A stretch of 64,000 nt of DNA, from positions 110,236,001 through 110,300,000 of the forward strand of contig JBNRSN020000010.1 in the NCBI GenBank assembly GCA_051313645.2, given 5' to 3'. Of this stretch, positions 1 through 13,949 are shown piece by piece (position 1 is the stretch's first letter; each line of letters begins with the position of its first letter). Origin of the DNA: Centroscyllium fabricii. Taxonomy: Eukaryota. The notes under the pieces were generated by a model. That model worked only from the letters and a program-made list of their open reading frames with translations. It was not told the origin of the DNA and ran no database searches. A program made the position numbers and the translations under genes.

Positions 1-2475
1 GGGCCTAGGGTGGGCTAGGAGGGTGGCGTTAGCCAGGGCGGTTTTGGTTGCGGTGAAGGCGGTGGCGGCGTCGGCCGTCCACTCGACCGCAGCCTTGTTG
101 GACTGCCCGTGTGTGGCCTGGTATAAGGGGGCCATGAAAGCGGCTGCTCCCGGGATAAAGCGGTTGTAAAAATTGACCATCCCCAGAAATTCCTGCAGCC
201 CCTTAATGGAGTGCGGGCGGGGAAATTCCTGGACCGCCTGCACCTTGAAGGGCAGAGGTATGGCCCCGCTTTGGGAAATGCGGTGGCCGAGGAAGTCAAT
301 GGTTTGGAGGCCGAATTTACACTTAGTGGGGCTTAATATTAGGCCGTGTTCGACCAGGCGCTGGAACAGGGTCCTGAGGTGCAGGAGGTGTTCCTGGGGG
401 GAGGTGCTGGCCACGAGGATGTCGTCTAAGTAGACGAAAATGAACGTCAAGTCCCGTAGGACCGAGTCCATGAGGCGCTGGAAGGCCTGGGCCGCGTTTT
501 TAAGGCCGAAGGGCATCCTGAGAAACTCGAAGAGTCCAAAGGGAGTGATAACGGCCGTTTTAGGAATGTCCGCCGGGTGCACCGGAACCTGGTGGTAGCC
601 ACGCACCAGGTCGATCTTGGAGAAGATCGTGCAGCCCGCTAGTCTGGCGGAAAAATCCTGGATGTGGGGTACGGGGTACCTATCCGGGGTAGTGGCATTG
701 TTTAGGCGGCGGTACTCGCCGCAGGGGCGCCAACCCCCGCCCGGCTTGGGGGCTATGTGAAGAGGAGAGGCCCAGGGGCTGTTGGAGCAGCGGATAATAC
801 CGAGTTGCTCCATGGTGCGGAACTCGGTGCGCGCGATCTCCTGTTTGGCCGGGTCGAGCCTGCGGGCGTGGGCATGGACGGGAGGGCCTGTGTTAGTTAT
901 AAAATGTTCTACCCCGTGTTTGGCCCGGCGGGCGGTGAACGTGGGGTTGGTTAGGGCGGGGAACTCTGCTAAGAGTGTGCCGTAGGCATCGGAGTTCCGA
1001 GAGCGGCATTGGGCGGCCGCGTGGGCCAGGAGTGTGGGCCCTGTGGAGCATGGGATGGTCGACATGTTATTAATGTCGACCAAGCGGCGCCGGGTCATAT
1101 CGACCAGCAGGCCGTGGGCGCAGAGGAAATCTGCTCCGAGGAGGGGTGAAGTGACCTGGGCTGTGACAAAGTCCCAGGTATACGTGTGGCCTGCAAGTGT
1201 AATCGTGAGCTTGCGGGTGCCGTACGTTTTGATATTGGAGCCGTTGGCCGCTGCGAGTGGCGGGCCCCGGGTGCCTTGTTTGGCTTCTGCAGGGGAGGCT
1301 GGCACGATGCTGTGCAGTGCGCCTGTGTCGCAGAGGAACCTGAGGCCTGTGCCGCTGTCTGTGATGAAGAGCAGTGCTCCTGTGTGTCCTACAGACATAG
1401 TGGGGGCTGGGGTGGGCCGTGGCTTAAATGCGCATGGCTGGACGCAGCGGTGCGCTTTACTATCGAACCACGTGTGGTAGTAGCACCAGCCGGTGCTAGA
1501 GGGACGCGGTTTACTGGGTGGGCGCGGGGCCCTAGGTTCAGGCATGAAGTTAGGCCTGGGGGGCGATTGGTTGCGCTCTATAGATGCGGAGTTAGGGTCG
1601 CACGTGGTTGAGCGGGTGCGCTCTGCCTCCATGAGCCTGTCGGCTTCCTCAGCTAGCTCGTCGTCGCTCCGCTGGCCAAGGGCCGCCAGGGCCGGTCTGA
1701 TGGAGCGGGGCAGTTTGAGGAGGAAGACGGTGCGGAACAGGGAGGCGGGATTGGCTGTGAGCGCTTGCATCTGACCCAAAAGGTCCGATGGGTCTGCGTC
1801 CCCGAGTTCGGGGAGGTCAAGGAGCTGGCAGTCGCGCTCGAATTGAGAGGGGGTAAAAAAAATTATGAGCGCGGCCTTGAGGGACTCGTACCTGCCTGTA
1901 GTGGGCACACGCTGTATTTTTGACCTCATCCGATCGATCGTCGACTGCGGTAGGGCTGAGAAGACCAGGTCGTAGCGGTCGTCCCCCTGGATGCCATGTG
2001 TGCGGCAGCTGGTTTCAATGCACATGAACCAGGCCGCTGGGCGTTGCTCCCAGAACTCTGGCAGGGTAAGTTTGTGCCCGAAGTTCTGGCCAAGTCCTTG
2101 GGTTTGTGGAGCTTGGTTCCTTGCTCTTGCAGCCATGTTTTCTCTTTTAAAGTGTCCTTAGGCTGGTGATCCTTGATCCTGCGGCAGCTTTTTTTTCTTT
2201 GGAAGTCGTTCCAATTCGGGGTCACCACTGTAGCGCCGGCAAGGCCTAGAAACCACGCGTGAGCCAGAGAGCTAGAGAAAACACTTGTTTAATGCATTAG
2301 AGTTAAACAGGAAAGAGAGCGAACCACTCGAAGCAAGCTTATTTAAACTGCCCGCCGTTGGTGACGTCATCACGCCGGAAGTCGTGGTGACGTCATCGCG
2401 TCACCCGGATGAGCGGGGCCATGCCCCGCGGTGTTTCCATGGCGGATTCGGTGTCCTAGTGGGCGTGCCGCCACA
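1..2475 (-). mobile_element. CsRn1/Kabuki-like Ty3/Gypsy LTR retrotransposon, 5' half (5' LTR 2229-2475, gag, protease, RT; runs off window start)
   Basis: Minus-strand translation shows gag with CHCC motif ([19 protein letters not shown], ~1430-1490), protease FLCDTGA and [13 protein letters not shown] / VYLDD (~421-440). TG...CA LTR is followed by TGGTGACCCCGA, a tRNA-Trp-type PBS. Confidence 0.9.
2216..2227 (-). promoter_or_regulatory. tRNA-Trp-type primer binding site
   Basis: Minus strand reads TGGTGACCCCGA 1 nt after the LTR end, matching the start of the known tRNA-Trp PBS TGGTGACCCCGACGTGAT. Confidence 0.8.
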
Positions 2476-2489
2476 CTCAAGTATTTAAG

Positions 2490-4120
2490 CAGGGAGTGAG
2501 GGAGGGAGAAATTAGGAAATTCCAAACCTCTCAGTTTAATATCAATTGCGGGGAAGTTACTGGAATCTATCATTAGGGACAAAATGCCTGAGCACTTGGA
2601 CAGATATGAGCTTATCAAAGAGAGCCCACATGGATTTGTAAAGGATAGAGCATGTCTGACTAATCTAGTCGAATTTGTGAGGAGGTCACGAACATAGTGG
2701 ATAGGGAAAATCTACGGGTGTTGTCTGTATGGACCTCCAGAAGCCATTTTATAAGGTTCTGCACAATAGATTATCAAAACTGACAGTGCATGGTATGGAA
2801 GGTAAAGTTATGACATGGGTTAGTAATTGGTTGGGAAGTGGGAGACAATGAGCAGGATTTTCCTGAGGGTGTGGGAAATGGGTGAGATCTCTACTGATCA
2901 CTCTATCATCTCACTTTTTGAAGGGTGTGGAATCCCCATGCAATTTTGGCTTAATTGGCCAATTAATTCCCAGAGTGTGGGAAGATCCTAGCAATTGAGG
3001 GGTTTTGCCTAGAAGCTGGGTGTGCTTTGACCTGTGTCAGCAGCAAAGCCAATGATTGGCAGCTGTAGTAATAGGCCTGCTGTTTCTCTTTCTGTGGTTT
3101 CAGGGCATTATGATGTCATAATGCTATGTCAACAGATGAAACCACAAATCTAAGAGTGACAGCTTTAAGTAGGCTGACTCTGTTTGTTTGTGGTTTCAGT
3201 GGAATGTAAACAGAAACTGATCCACTGTATGACTGACAGCGGAGCTGCTTTGCTTCACAGACACAGCTCACAACGTGATGTCTGTGACTGAGTGGGACGC
3301 AGCTGGTAGGTAAGTGATTTAAATATTTTTGACCACTGAAGTTTGGCACCCTTGGGTGCCAGTTACAGCTCCAGCATGTTGGAGGCTAGCAAGCTGCTGT
3401 GTGGCTGCTGCTTCCCATGCCTTGAAGGTGGCAGTCACCCAGCTGATTGGGTGCCCGCCTGCTTTCAACGGCAGTGTTCCCACCAGGCGGGTTCTGGATG
3501 GGAAGAGGGTCAAAGTAGCAAGGGACCCTTAAAATGGCATTAGCAATGCCAATTAAGGGCCCCTAATGAGCTTAACGAGCATCCCCGCCGTTGCCGGGCG
3601 GGACTGAGGCGGGCCGACTAGACCCGCCGGGTGAAATTGACAAGCAGGCGGGAAGGCGACGGGAAGGGTTGCGGACCCCCATTTCTGCTATTTTCATTGC
3701 AGTCCCACCCAAAATCCCACCTCACGTCCCGAGGAAAATCCTGCCCAGTGTCTTGGAATAAAGGGAATGTACTGGACTTCAGCTTTTCTTTATATGTATA
3801 TCAGTGACTTGGATGAAGGAATAGAGAGTTGTATATCCACATTTGCAGACAAGGCCCAGTTAAGAGGCACACAAAGTTGCGTAGATGGGAGCAGGAAGTT
3901 ACAAAGCGATTTAGATTAAGTGAGTGGGCAAAATTGTTGGGTGGGTCAATTGAAATTTTTGAGACTGTGACTGATAGTTTTATGTTAGGTAAGCGTATCA
4001 AGAGATATGGATCAATGGTGGATACATTGAGCTGAGCTACAGATTGACCATGATTTGATTGAATGGTGGCACAGACTCGAGAGATAGAATGCCTACTCCC
4101 ATTATTATTTCCCTATAGTA
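2490..4120 (+). mobile_element. Degenerate CR1 LINE ORF2/3' fragments, interrupted by a GC-rich Harbinger-type MITE (~2850-3747)
   Basis: Reads as KPLSLISIAGKLLESIIRD...HGFVKDRACLTNL (CR1 RT). Insert has inverted ends gagcaggattttcct / ggaaaatcctgccc. Confidence 0.7.
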
Positions 4121-4539
4121 AATGGCCTGGACCCCCACAGAAAGCTTTTCATTTTTTAAAGAATTATTTTGGTGCCCTTACTCACAATGCGTGGCTGGCA
4201 TCAGGTGAGGGTGCCTGGGTAAGTTGCCCACCCCACCCAAGGGTGGGTGAGCACCACTGTTTCTGGTAGCCATGGGTGGGCAGCAATGTGCTGACTGCAC
4301 AAGCTCACCGGCAGGGTTAGTGCTGAAGGGCATTGGCAGGTAAGAGCCTAGTTTAGCGGCTAGGATCACATACTGAGGAAATTTGAGGTCATTGCTTGCT
4401 TTTAACATTCTGTGGGATGATTTTAAATCTACACGCCCGACAGAAACCAAGTGGGTGGGCAGTTAAAATCCTTCCGGTCAGTTACCCACCCTGGTGCCGC
4501 TGCGAGCTGACCTGCCAGGATTTTCACCGCAACAGGCAA

Positions 4540-4725
4540 GGACACGGAGTCTCGGTTTCAGTCGATGTTTTCAAGCGGAGATTGGATAGGCACTTGAGGG
4601 AAATAAACTTGCAGGGCTACGAGGATGGAGTGAGGGAGTGGGACTGACTGGATGGCTCTACTGAGAACTGGCACGGACTCGATTGGCTGAATGGCCTCCT
4701 TCCGTGCCATTATGACTCTATGACA
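4540..4725 (+). mobile_element. CR1 LINE 3' end fragment, inside a probable MITE (~4453-5158)
   Basis: DVFKRRLDRHL ORF2 C-terminus, then the typical 3' UTR ggctgaatggcctccttccgtg and a tgactcta-like tail. Confidence 0.7.
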
Positions 4726-7700
4726 CCCACCCAAAGCATGTTGGGACCTGACTGCAATTATTACTGATACGTCTGTGTTGGAAATAGCCACGTGGAAAAG
4801 GATCAGAACCAGAAGCAGACCCTAAAGTTAAGTTAATTTTTTTTAATTTCCTTGTAGTGCCAGGATGACCAGGAGTGACCCTTCAGGTCTCCACTGCCGC
4901 GATCGCACCCCTCCTCCCGGTGGTGGTGGACTCTCACAGGATGGCCTGGCAGCCGGTCCCATCTGCTCTTGACAGGCAACCTCTGAGCCAATCGAATTTG
5001 TACCGTTGCCCCATCGACTTCCCGCCGTGAACAGGTAAGTTGTTGGTCGGTGGCATTTAAATGAGGCCCTGGAATTAAAATGCCCTGTGCCTCATTGTTG
5101 CTGCAGCCAATGTGTGTTGAACTGGCATTAAAAGTCACCTGCCAAAAACTGGCCCCCCAGTTATAATCTAGTAAAAGTAGAAGACCCGAAAATGTGCGGG
5201 CGGACACATCCCAACATTATTTCCGGAATGCAACTGCCCGCAGCTAAAGTCACGGCGGATGCTGCCCAATACTCCCAACTACATTAAAGTATTTTTGCAA
5301 TTTAGAATAAAATGTAAACTTCCTTTTAGTTTTTCTAATGTAACTACTTTGTCTCCATTCTTCCATTTGCCAAATATCACTCAGCCCAGGAAACACTGCA
5401 GTGAAATGGTTTTCTAATCCATTATGTTCTCAACTCAATTGTCTCTCATCTGCAGAAAAGACACATTGTTAATAATAAGTAAGTAACTGCTGTCGTTTGC
5501 CTTCGTTTGGTACCATTCAGCTCATCCTCCCCCTTGGTTTTGGTCCTCATTAATTGACTGTACTCTGTGGAGCTTATTCAGCCACATTGTAAAGCAGTTG
5601 TATTATTTATAAGTGCCACTTTACCAGACAGAGTTGAATTACTGTATAATGTTAATAATGAAAGATTGTTCGAGGGTGTCGGCAAGGATGCCTTTCAAGT
5701 GAAAATAAGAGCTCTACCTGCTCAAAAGCAGAATGAAAAAAATGAACAATACAATGAATAATTTATGAAAGCAATGGAAAGTGTCAAAACCTCACTGAGA
5801 GGCATAACTTTAGAAACAAATTCCGATTGATGCTGTTGGAAATATTCATCTCATTTAGATTGTATGGCTTGTTATTTCAAGTAAGTTATTATGGAAAGTA
5901 ATGACATGTGATGGCATCACCCTTCCTTAGAAACCTGATTAGATTTGGGTAATATAGATCAATACCAAATAATGCACTGTGGGTCACGAGAGTAAGAGCC
6001 ACGATAGATACTGTTGAGTCCTACCGATATTCGTCTTCCTGAACTATGGCCAGGTTGAACTCCTTAAACTCTTATTTTAAACATTATCCGAATGGAAAAG
6101 GATCAATAATATATTTGTGTAGTTCAATGGTTAAAGTGGAATTTAAGAAGGGGCACTCATTTCACTACCCACCTCTGCCCCCCACCCTCCACCCCAGCCC
6201 AGCCTGTGTAACCATTCACCCCACCCATGCAACATTTAACCATGTCCACAACAGTTGACCCAACCTCTCAAACTTCTTGACCTCATCCCTGCAACATTTT
6301 AGATATCATAACGACTTGGTCATAGTCACAAAATAAGGTCAATTAATACATTTTTCAGAAAATACAACCTGTCATTTTATAAAATACTTGCCCAAACCTA
6401 GGAATTCTTCCATTTAACATATGTATTTGTCCATTCCATTTGTCTTCCATGCTCTGGGTAAATTCATGTGAAATAAGCACTCGTTTTCAAGAAATTTGTT
6501 GCCCTCTGAAATAGTCTTACTCTAACCCTCAATGCTACCCTCAGCCCAACTCTAACTCTAACTTGGGAAGATATTTTTTTCCAATTTTATTTACATAGCT
6601 TTAGATAGAAATTACAGCCATTCAGCTCAACTGGTCTATGCTGGTGTTTACGCTTTACATAAGCCTCCTCCCTCCCACCTTACTTCATCTCATCTTATCA
6701 GAATGTCCTTCTATTAATTTCTCACTCATGTACGTATCTAGCATCAAAGAGAGGATCTGTAATGGTCATATTTCCCATAAATGGGCAGATTTGGGAAGAA
6801 TATCAAGAAGACAGCAGGGGCAGGAACAAACATAAGTGGGGGGAAAACGAGGCTAGTGGGAGGAACAATAAAATGTGAAAAGGTTCAGAGGCATGAAGAG
6901 AGGGGAAAGACTGTGACCAGGCATATACTTGATAAGAGGTTAAAAAGATAGACTTGCCTACACGAGTGACAGGATCATTATTGGTCTGGAAGTGTATGTC
7001 AATAAATCGTAAATTCCAATGGTCAGTGAAAAAGACCAAATTTGGAAATCTCGTGAGAAGATCAAATACAGTGCTATAAATTAGAAGTGAAACTATTATA
7101 AGTACCCAATGACACAATACTTTGAACAGTAGCCCAGACTATCCCAGGTTCTTTTGGGGCCCTGGTGCGGTCAAGAATTTTAGGTTGTATGGTTGACATT
7201 AACAGAGAATGCCAAATGTCGATGTTGACCTTAGTCAAACAGCACATGCAGATTGGTAAAGATCTTCATTATTTTGACTGCCGGAAAATATGCTTCACTC
7301 TAACAGTGCACAAGAAGATATCAGAATTGTCAATGGAAAAATGGAAAAACTCTTAGAAAGCAGTCTACACATCTGTCACATGTCCTGCCAGTCAGTTCAA
7401 CAAAATCTGCCCAGAGATTTATATTACTAACTGATACTGGGAAGAAAGGAGTTGTTATCATGCTGTGTTTCTTATTGCATTAACCAATACATAGCCAAGA
7501 TAGAGAGAGAGAGGGGGAGAGGAAGCAAGAAAGTGCTATTCTCTCAGGGTTTGTTTGATTGAGGTTTTCTCAATTTGAAGAGATCAGATTTCTTACTCAG
7601 GCTGCTGGAAACAAGATGATTGGCACCAGTGGCCTTCTAACTGCATAGGTAACCTTCTGTCATTGCCAAGGCCTGAAAATGTAACAATCAATATTACAAG

Positions 7701-8677
7701 CAGACTGAAATTCTATTTCCTCACTGGCATTTCACTGAGACATTATGAAATGCATTTATTCAATTTTCTTGGCTGAGCTATTCATTCTCAGCCCGAGATC
7801 TTCAATAAATTACTTTTCATAAATTATAGCTTATTAATATGATGTGCAGTGACAGATATATAACCAGACTGTATGAGTGTAATTGCATTAGTAATTGTGT
7901 CATATAACAAAAAGGTTATCTACTTTTTTTTCCCCAAAACCTTGTTTTTGCAGATCTCGAACCTTTTGTGTCCTTTTTTTCTAAAAATGACTTTCATGCA
8001 AGGTGACTATACAGTGAAATTCTCAATTTCTTTAGTTACACATTTTAAAATGAGTTCTGCAACACATGGCATCCAGAGGTACTTGCTGCCTATCCACCAG
8101 CTGCAGTATCCTAACCGACCCTTTTGTTAACGTGTGGGACTGGTCTATCTGAAATCAGATTTTATAAATCACAAAACCTCAGCCTCTACACACAATCTTT
8201 GCAGCGGTTTCAAGAAATCGAATCAAAGAAGGTGACTGTACTAAAGTAATACTGCAATTGACTGCAATTTTTTTGTGTGGGGATACTTTCAACAGTTAAA
8301 TTGATTTTTTTTTAAAGAATGCTATTTCAAACTTTTTGGAAGGAAGGAGTTAGTTAAAAGGTATAGATTTAATTTCAGATAGTTTTGAAATAGAATCCAT
8401 TTAGTCCTTCAAAACAGACACTGTCTTTTCGAGCTCTGGAAAGACTGCAACACATTTAACAATCACACAAATTCTCAGGAGGACATATTTCTGCAGTAAA
8501 CCTCTTGCTGGATTTCATTCTAATGCTGCAAACCACTTCAGAAATAGAAGGAAGAATATGAGTGTGCTTATAAACTTTACCATATGGAATTTAGAGCAAG
8601 GAAACAGACCCTGGGCATCTGGATCTTAATTGTGCTAATGTGAATGCACTGTTATCAATAAATGTGCCTAATCTTTG

Positions 8678-9078
8678 GGTGTGTATGTGAGGATGTGGGT
8701 AGGTGGGTGTGTTTGTGGGCAAGCATGCGGGCATGTGTGTGCGTGCAAGCGTATGTGTGTGTGTATATACATGGGCATGTTTGTATGCGGTGTGTGTACT
8801 GGCGTCTGTGCGTGTTTGTGTGTGGGCGTGCTGGCCAGCATGCGTGAGTGTGCGTGCATACGTAAGTGTGTGCGGGCATGCATGAGTGTGGGCATGCATG
8901 AGTGTGTGCGGGCATGCATGAGTGTGGGCATGCATGAGTGTGTGCGGGCATGCATGCGGGCCTGTGGGCGAGTGTGGCTCTATGCGCGCGGGCATGTGTT
9001 CGGCCGTGTGTATGTGCAGGCGTGTGTACGGGCATGTGTGTGTTGGCATGTGTGTGTGCGGGCAGTCGGGCGAGTGTT
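8678..9078. repeat. TG-rich degenerate micro/minisatellite
   Basis: (TG)n runs interspersed with repeated GGGCATGCATGAGTGT units. Confidence 0.9.
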
Positions 9079-11185
9079 GGGAGGGATAAAATTCATTTCA
9101 GATTACAGATTAATGTGAAACAGCAGGGCAAATACAATGTGCACATTATGGAACCATTTAGCTCCCAGTGTTAATCGTGTACACAAGAGGAACTGATGCT
9201 TTAATTAGAATTTCTCTTTTTTTTAGAACATTACTCTAATGAGATTACTATCTGAACATTTCTATCATGTAAGGTTTCAGAAGGTCTAAAAGTTCTTTAT
9301 CTTTTCACCAGGAAATCTCATTCAACATAGAATCATAGAATAATACAGACCAGAAGGAGGCCATTCAGCGCCACACTAACCCTCATCCTAGTGCAATCAT
9401 ACCAAGTAATAACACACAAGGGTAGCCACTTGGGTGTTTTATCCAATGTTCATGTAAAATTTCTGTTAATGTGTTTTCAAACATTGAAACCTTTATTTTC
9501 AACACTTTGCGTTCTTGGATAGATTTGTGTGCACCTTTGGAAGTGGCTTTGTGAGTTGCAGTAAATGGTGAGACATAACGGTACCTCCCGCAATGGTGAT
9601 AGGTGTGAAAGGAATGGCTTGGACACTGTAGGGATACCTTATGGTGTTGGTGTGGGCTGGTGCCAACCTGGCGCAACCAGGGTGTACAGCATCAAGTGAA
9701 GTAAATCTGGCTATGGTGAGGCCATCGCTGGCCCTCCGGGCAGCAATGTGGTTGGGTGCTGATGCCCTGTGTCTTGTGCAGCATCAGGTGATTACAGTGA
9801 AGGTTGGTGCTGTTGTTGGTATTGCTGGTGTGCCTGGTGCTGCTGGTATTGAGGCTGATTGTGGTGGAGTTCTGAGGACTAAGTTGAGACAGTATAAAGA
9901 GCACCCATGTTGATGGAATAGATGGCAGGTGAAGTAGAGATGACAGAAGCATTCTGTCAATGGTAAGAGAGTTTTTCCAATGAGATAAGAGTGGAAAGCC
10001 TGCAGAATCTATGCTGGAAATGGGCCAAGAAACAGCTTGTGGCTGAGGAAAGTGATAATCTGTCAGGTGTGAGCTTTTACTGTACATTTGAAGCTGTCAA
10101 GTAATCAGCTGGAGCAATGGTTACTGAACTCCCACCTCAGATTGATAGCCATGGTCCCCGAACAATGTGGTTCCCGTGGCCATAAAGTTAAAGTCAAAAG
10201 ACAAGTTAAAAAAGCCTGCTAATCATCTGTCAACTAGATGCTAATGAGTTTAATTGGATCACTTGCCACTGCCTCTCGGGTCGGCTCAGCGCTGACAGGC
10301 CCAACATTGGGAAAGGCGCATTGCAGCGGGTTGACAGCAGGTTTCCGACCTGCTGTCAAAATAAACCATTTTCCCACCCAACCTGCCACTGATCCCACCT
10401 GCTGACACCCCAGAAAATCTTAGACTCTGTTTCGACCGCCTAACCAATCTCTTAACCAGGTCAAAAATTTGCCTTCAATTCGAGTTTTAATTTTAGCTAA
10501 CTGTCTCTTAAGTGGAATCTTATTGAATGCCTTCTGGAAGTGCAGATAAACTACATCCATGGACATTCCATTGTCCACTACTTTAGTTACTTCCTCAAAA
10601 AATTCAATTGCGTCTGTTAGACTTGACCTCGCCTTTACAAATCCATGTTGGTTCTCTTTAATCAGCTCTAATTTCTCTAAGTGTGCAGTCACTCTGTCCT
10701 TAATTATAGATTCCAATAAATTCCCCACAACAGATGTTCGACTAATAGGTTTATAATTTCCTGGTTTCTCTCTCTTACCTTTCTTAAATAATAGATAATT
10801 AAATAATTTGCAGTTTTCCAATCTAATGGAAAATTGCTGAATCGAGAGAGCTTTGAAAGATTGTGGCTAAACCATCTGCAATTTTCTCTCTACTTCCATT
10901 ATAAACCCTTGGTTGCAAATCATTAGGTCGTGGGGATTTGACGGTCTTTAGTGGCATTATTTTTTCTAATATTGTTTTCTTGCTTACGATAGCTTTAGTG
11001 AGTTCCAGTCTGTGATCCATTATTAATGTCCCTGGAATGTCAGGTATATTATCCTCTTACTCTACTGTGAAGACTGACACAAAGTAATTATTCAACATGC
11101 CTGTCATTTCCTTATTTTCATTTGCAATATTGCCAAATTCTATTTTTAAAGGGCCTCATAATTATAATATAATTGAAAAGTCTTT

Positions 11186-13155
11186 GGCCGCGAAATTTGG
11201 AGATTTAACACTAGTTGTTAAGACCAATTTTGCTGTAAAAAATGGTGGCCGTCTCACTTCTACCTACATAATGCGCAGAACACGACAGCTGCCATTTTGG
11301 GTTGGAGGCTTCCCGCGAGTGTAAGCCTCCAACCTACACTTACCTAGCGCGCCGGCCGTTGAGCTGTGTCCCCGCATGGGATTCCGATACGGGGCCTTCA
11401 TGAACTGCCGCCGCGTTCCCGGATCTCACCGGCGAAGATAGTGCGAGGGATCGCGCGGGATCACGTGAGCCACGGAGAGCCAATCGGAGCACAGAATGCT
11501 CCATTCATAAGTTTGACAGGAAGACGCAAACGTATGAATACTACAAGCCCCAAAACCTCAGTGAATCTTCAAATATATTTTTTTTATCACATTTTTTTAA
11601 ATAACTATCAATTACATAAATTAGCTATTTTAAACAAAAATTAAAAATTTTGTAAAAAATAATTAATGGGCCCTGTCTTCCTGTGCTCCAGAAGAGCTGC
11701 CCCCCCACGAAAATGCTTTGTGGGGAGGCAGCTCAGGTGCTTACCAGAAACGTGAACTTCCTGTGCTGATGGGCAAGGGGCTTCAGCTTCCTCCCCACGA
11801 AGCACTTTGAGCTGCAGACTTCCTGTACTCTGATGCTCAAAATTCAGGTGTACAATGTGGGGAAGCCTCCATTTTTCTGCCCACGTAAATACCAGTCTTA
11901 AGAGAGTGCAGGCAGGTTTGAGAAGTGAAAAAAACAGGTTTAAAGTTTTTTAAAAAATTATTCCTTTGGAGATATTTGTTTGTGGTCTTACAGCTTGTAA
12001 ATCTGATGGTTTTTATATTTTTTGTGATAGGTCAAAAATCGGCGATTTCAACCCCTCGCAGCTCTCAGCTGAAACAGCTCAGCTGTCAGCTGGAATCGCG
12101 TAGAAATCGGCGATTTTTTAACTATCACCAAAAAATATATAAAGCTTCATGTTTGTGGTCTTACAGCTTGTAAATCTGATGGTTTATATATTTTTTTGTG
12201 AAAGTTTAAAAAATCGGGAATTTGAGCTGTTCAAATTCCCGATTTTTTAAACTATCACAAAAAAATATATAAACCAGCAGATTTACAAGCTGTAAGACCA
12301 CAAACATGAAGCTTTATCTATTTTTTGGTGATAGTTAAAAAATCGCCGATTTCTACGCGATTCCAGCTGACAGCTGAGCTGTTTCAGCTGAGAGCTGCGA
12401 GGGGTTGAAATCGCCGATTTTTGACCTATCACAAAAAAATATAAAAACCATCAGCTTTACAAGCTGTAAGACCAGCTTCCTACAAACTGAAAAAAAACAA
12501 AGAAAAACTTCTTCCTTACCTGTTCTTTTCTTTAGTTGAACACTTGATTTTCTTTGATCTGTGCGTTCTGTGGGGGCGTGGTCTCAAAAAGCCTCAGGGG
12601 GCGTGCCCTGCACCCGACCAACGCACAAAGCACTACGCACCAAAAAAAACCAGACCCCTGCCCACGAAAAAAAATCGACATTTCACACAGGAAGTCCAGC
12701 AGATAAAAAAATAAAAAATCTCGGACGGGTGCAAATCTGCACGCACCCGCAGCAATCAGGCCACAGGAAGACAGGGCCCAATGTTTTTAATGGGGCTAAA
12801 AATAAACTTACCTTTCTTTAAAGTATTTAAAAATAAAAAACCTGTGGAATTTTTTTTTTTTTATTGAATTAATTCACCACTTTCCTTCTGAAAAGGGGGT
12901 CTTTGCACATGAAAATAGGAGCCGTATCTTCCTCCATACTTACCCAGAGACAGAACCTGTAAAGAAAATCGGAAGTCCATTGCGCACGCGCTGCTGCGCA
13001 CGCACACGCGTTTTGACCCCTGACCCCTTCTATCAGGGGATCAGAAGTGCCGGTTTTGCGCGCATGCACTGTGCATGCATGAAACCGACACTTCGGATGG
13101 GCCTACAGGTGAGTACCCAGCGCGCACTCACGCGTTGGGACCGGAATTCTGGGCC
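11186..13155. mobile_element. Harbinger-type non-autonomous element (relative at 56378-57151)
   Basis: Imperfect TIRs ggccgcgaaatt / aattctgggcc with 3-bp flanks ttt/ttt. Internal sequence similar to 56378-57151. Confidence 0.65.
11668..12779. mobile_element. Nested MITE with ~17-bp TIRs and a large internal palindrome
   Basis: gggccctgtcttcctgt ... acaggaagacagggccc, flanked by aat/aat TSD. Confidence 0.8.
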
Positions 13156-13949
13156 TTTATTGGAGTAGTGGTTTGGTGGAATATATTTAAAAAGTTGTTC
13201 GAGTGTGCACGGAGTGCTGCTGGACGTTTGCAAGGCTTTGGCTCTTAAAAGAAGGCCTTTAAGAAGACCACTTGCTCCCAGTTCTGGTGGTTCAAGTTGC
13301 AGTTCTTCTTTGGGCTGCAATATCATATGGAGATGAATCAGAGGCAGCAAAGGGGGCAAGCTGCTCTCAGAGGGAGGAGGAAGCAAAAGAGGTGGAAGCA
13401 AAAGAGTAAAAGGCAGAAGGAAGGAGGCAACCCAGGCAGTACCTTTCTGGGTCGAATCATCCGCCTGCAGTACCACTGAACACAACCCCAAAGGCCCTTT
13501 CAATATTTGTCCCACACCTTACCTTCCCTCTTGGCCACAAGACTGAAATAAAATGCACCACAATGCAAACTTTCCAATCCAACTTTATCCATATTAGCAT
13601 CCAATGTTACATCATAAATTCAACTCATCACCCTTCTGCATTCCCTTAGTGTTCCCGTGTGCCTTTGCCTATCCTAATGATGTCACACCTTGCTACCCCA
13701 ATGTCTGCAGCTTGGCTGGTGAAAGGCTGCTGACTTTCAGTGGGGGGACACTGCAAATGGCCTTGCAGGACAACCTCGAGGAGCTGGTGGCTGGAAGTGT
13801 GAAATCGTGTGACGGTGTTTCTTCTTCACTCTTATTGGTCAACTACTGTCTGGTCAGGCTGGATTTCTTGGGTGTCTGAAATGAGGAAGGCACAAGAGTA
13901 GGGTTGTGGTAAAGGGATGGGCATAAAGCAAGAGGTGCATTCTTACACT

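Noticed and set aside
5480-5740. Possible host exon (minus-strand acceptor-like site near 5715)
   Set aside because: All frames close quickly and no recognisable protein results.
8591-9174. His/Thr- and Cys/Val-rich ORFs
   Set aside because: Translation artefacts of the TG/CA repeat.
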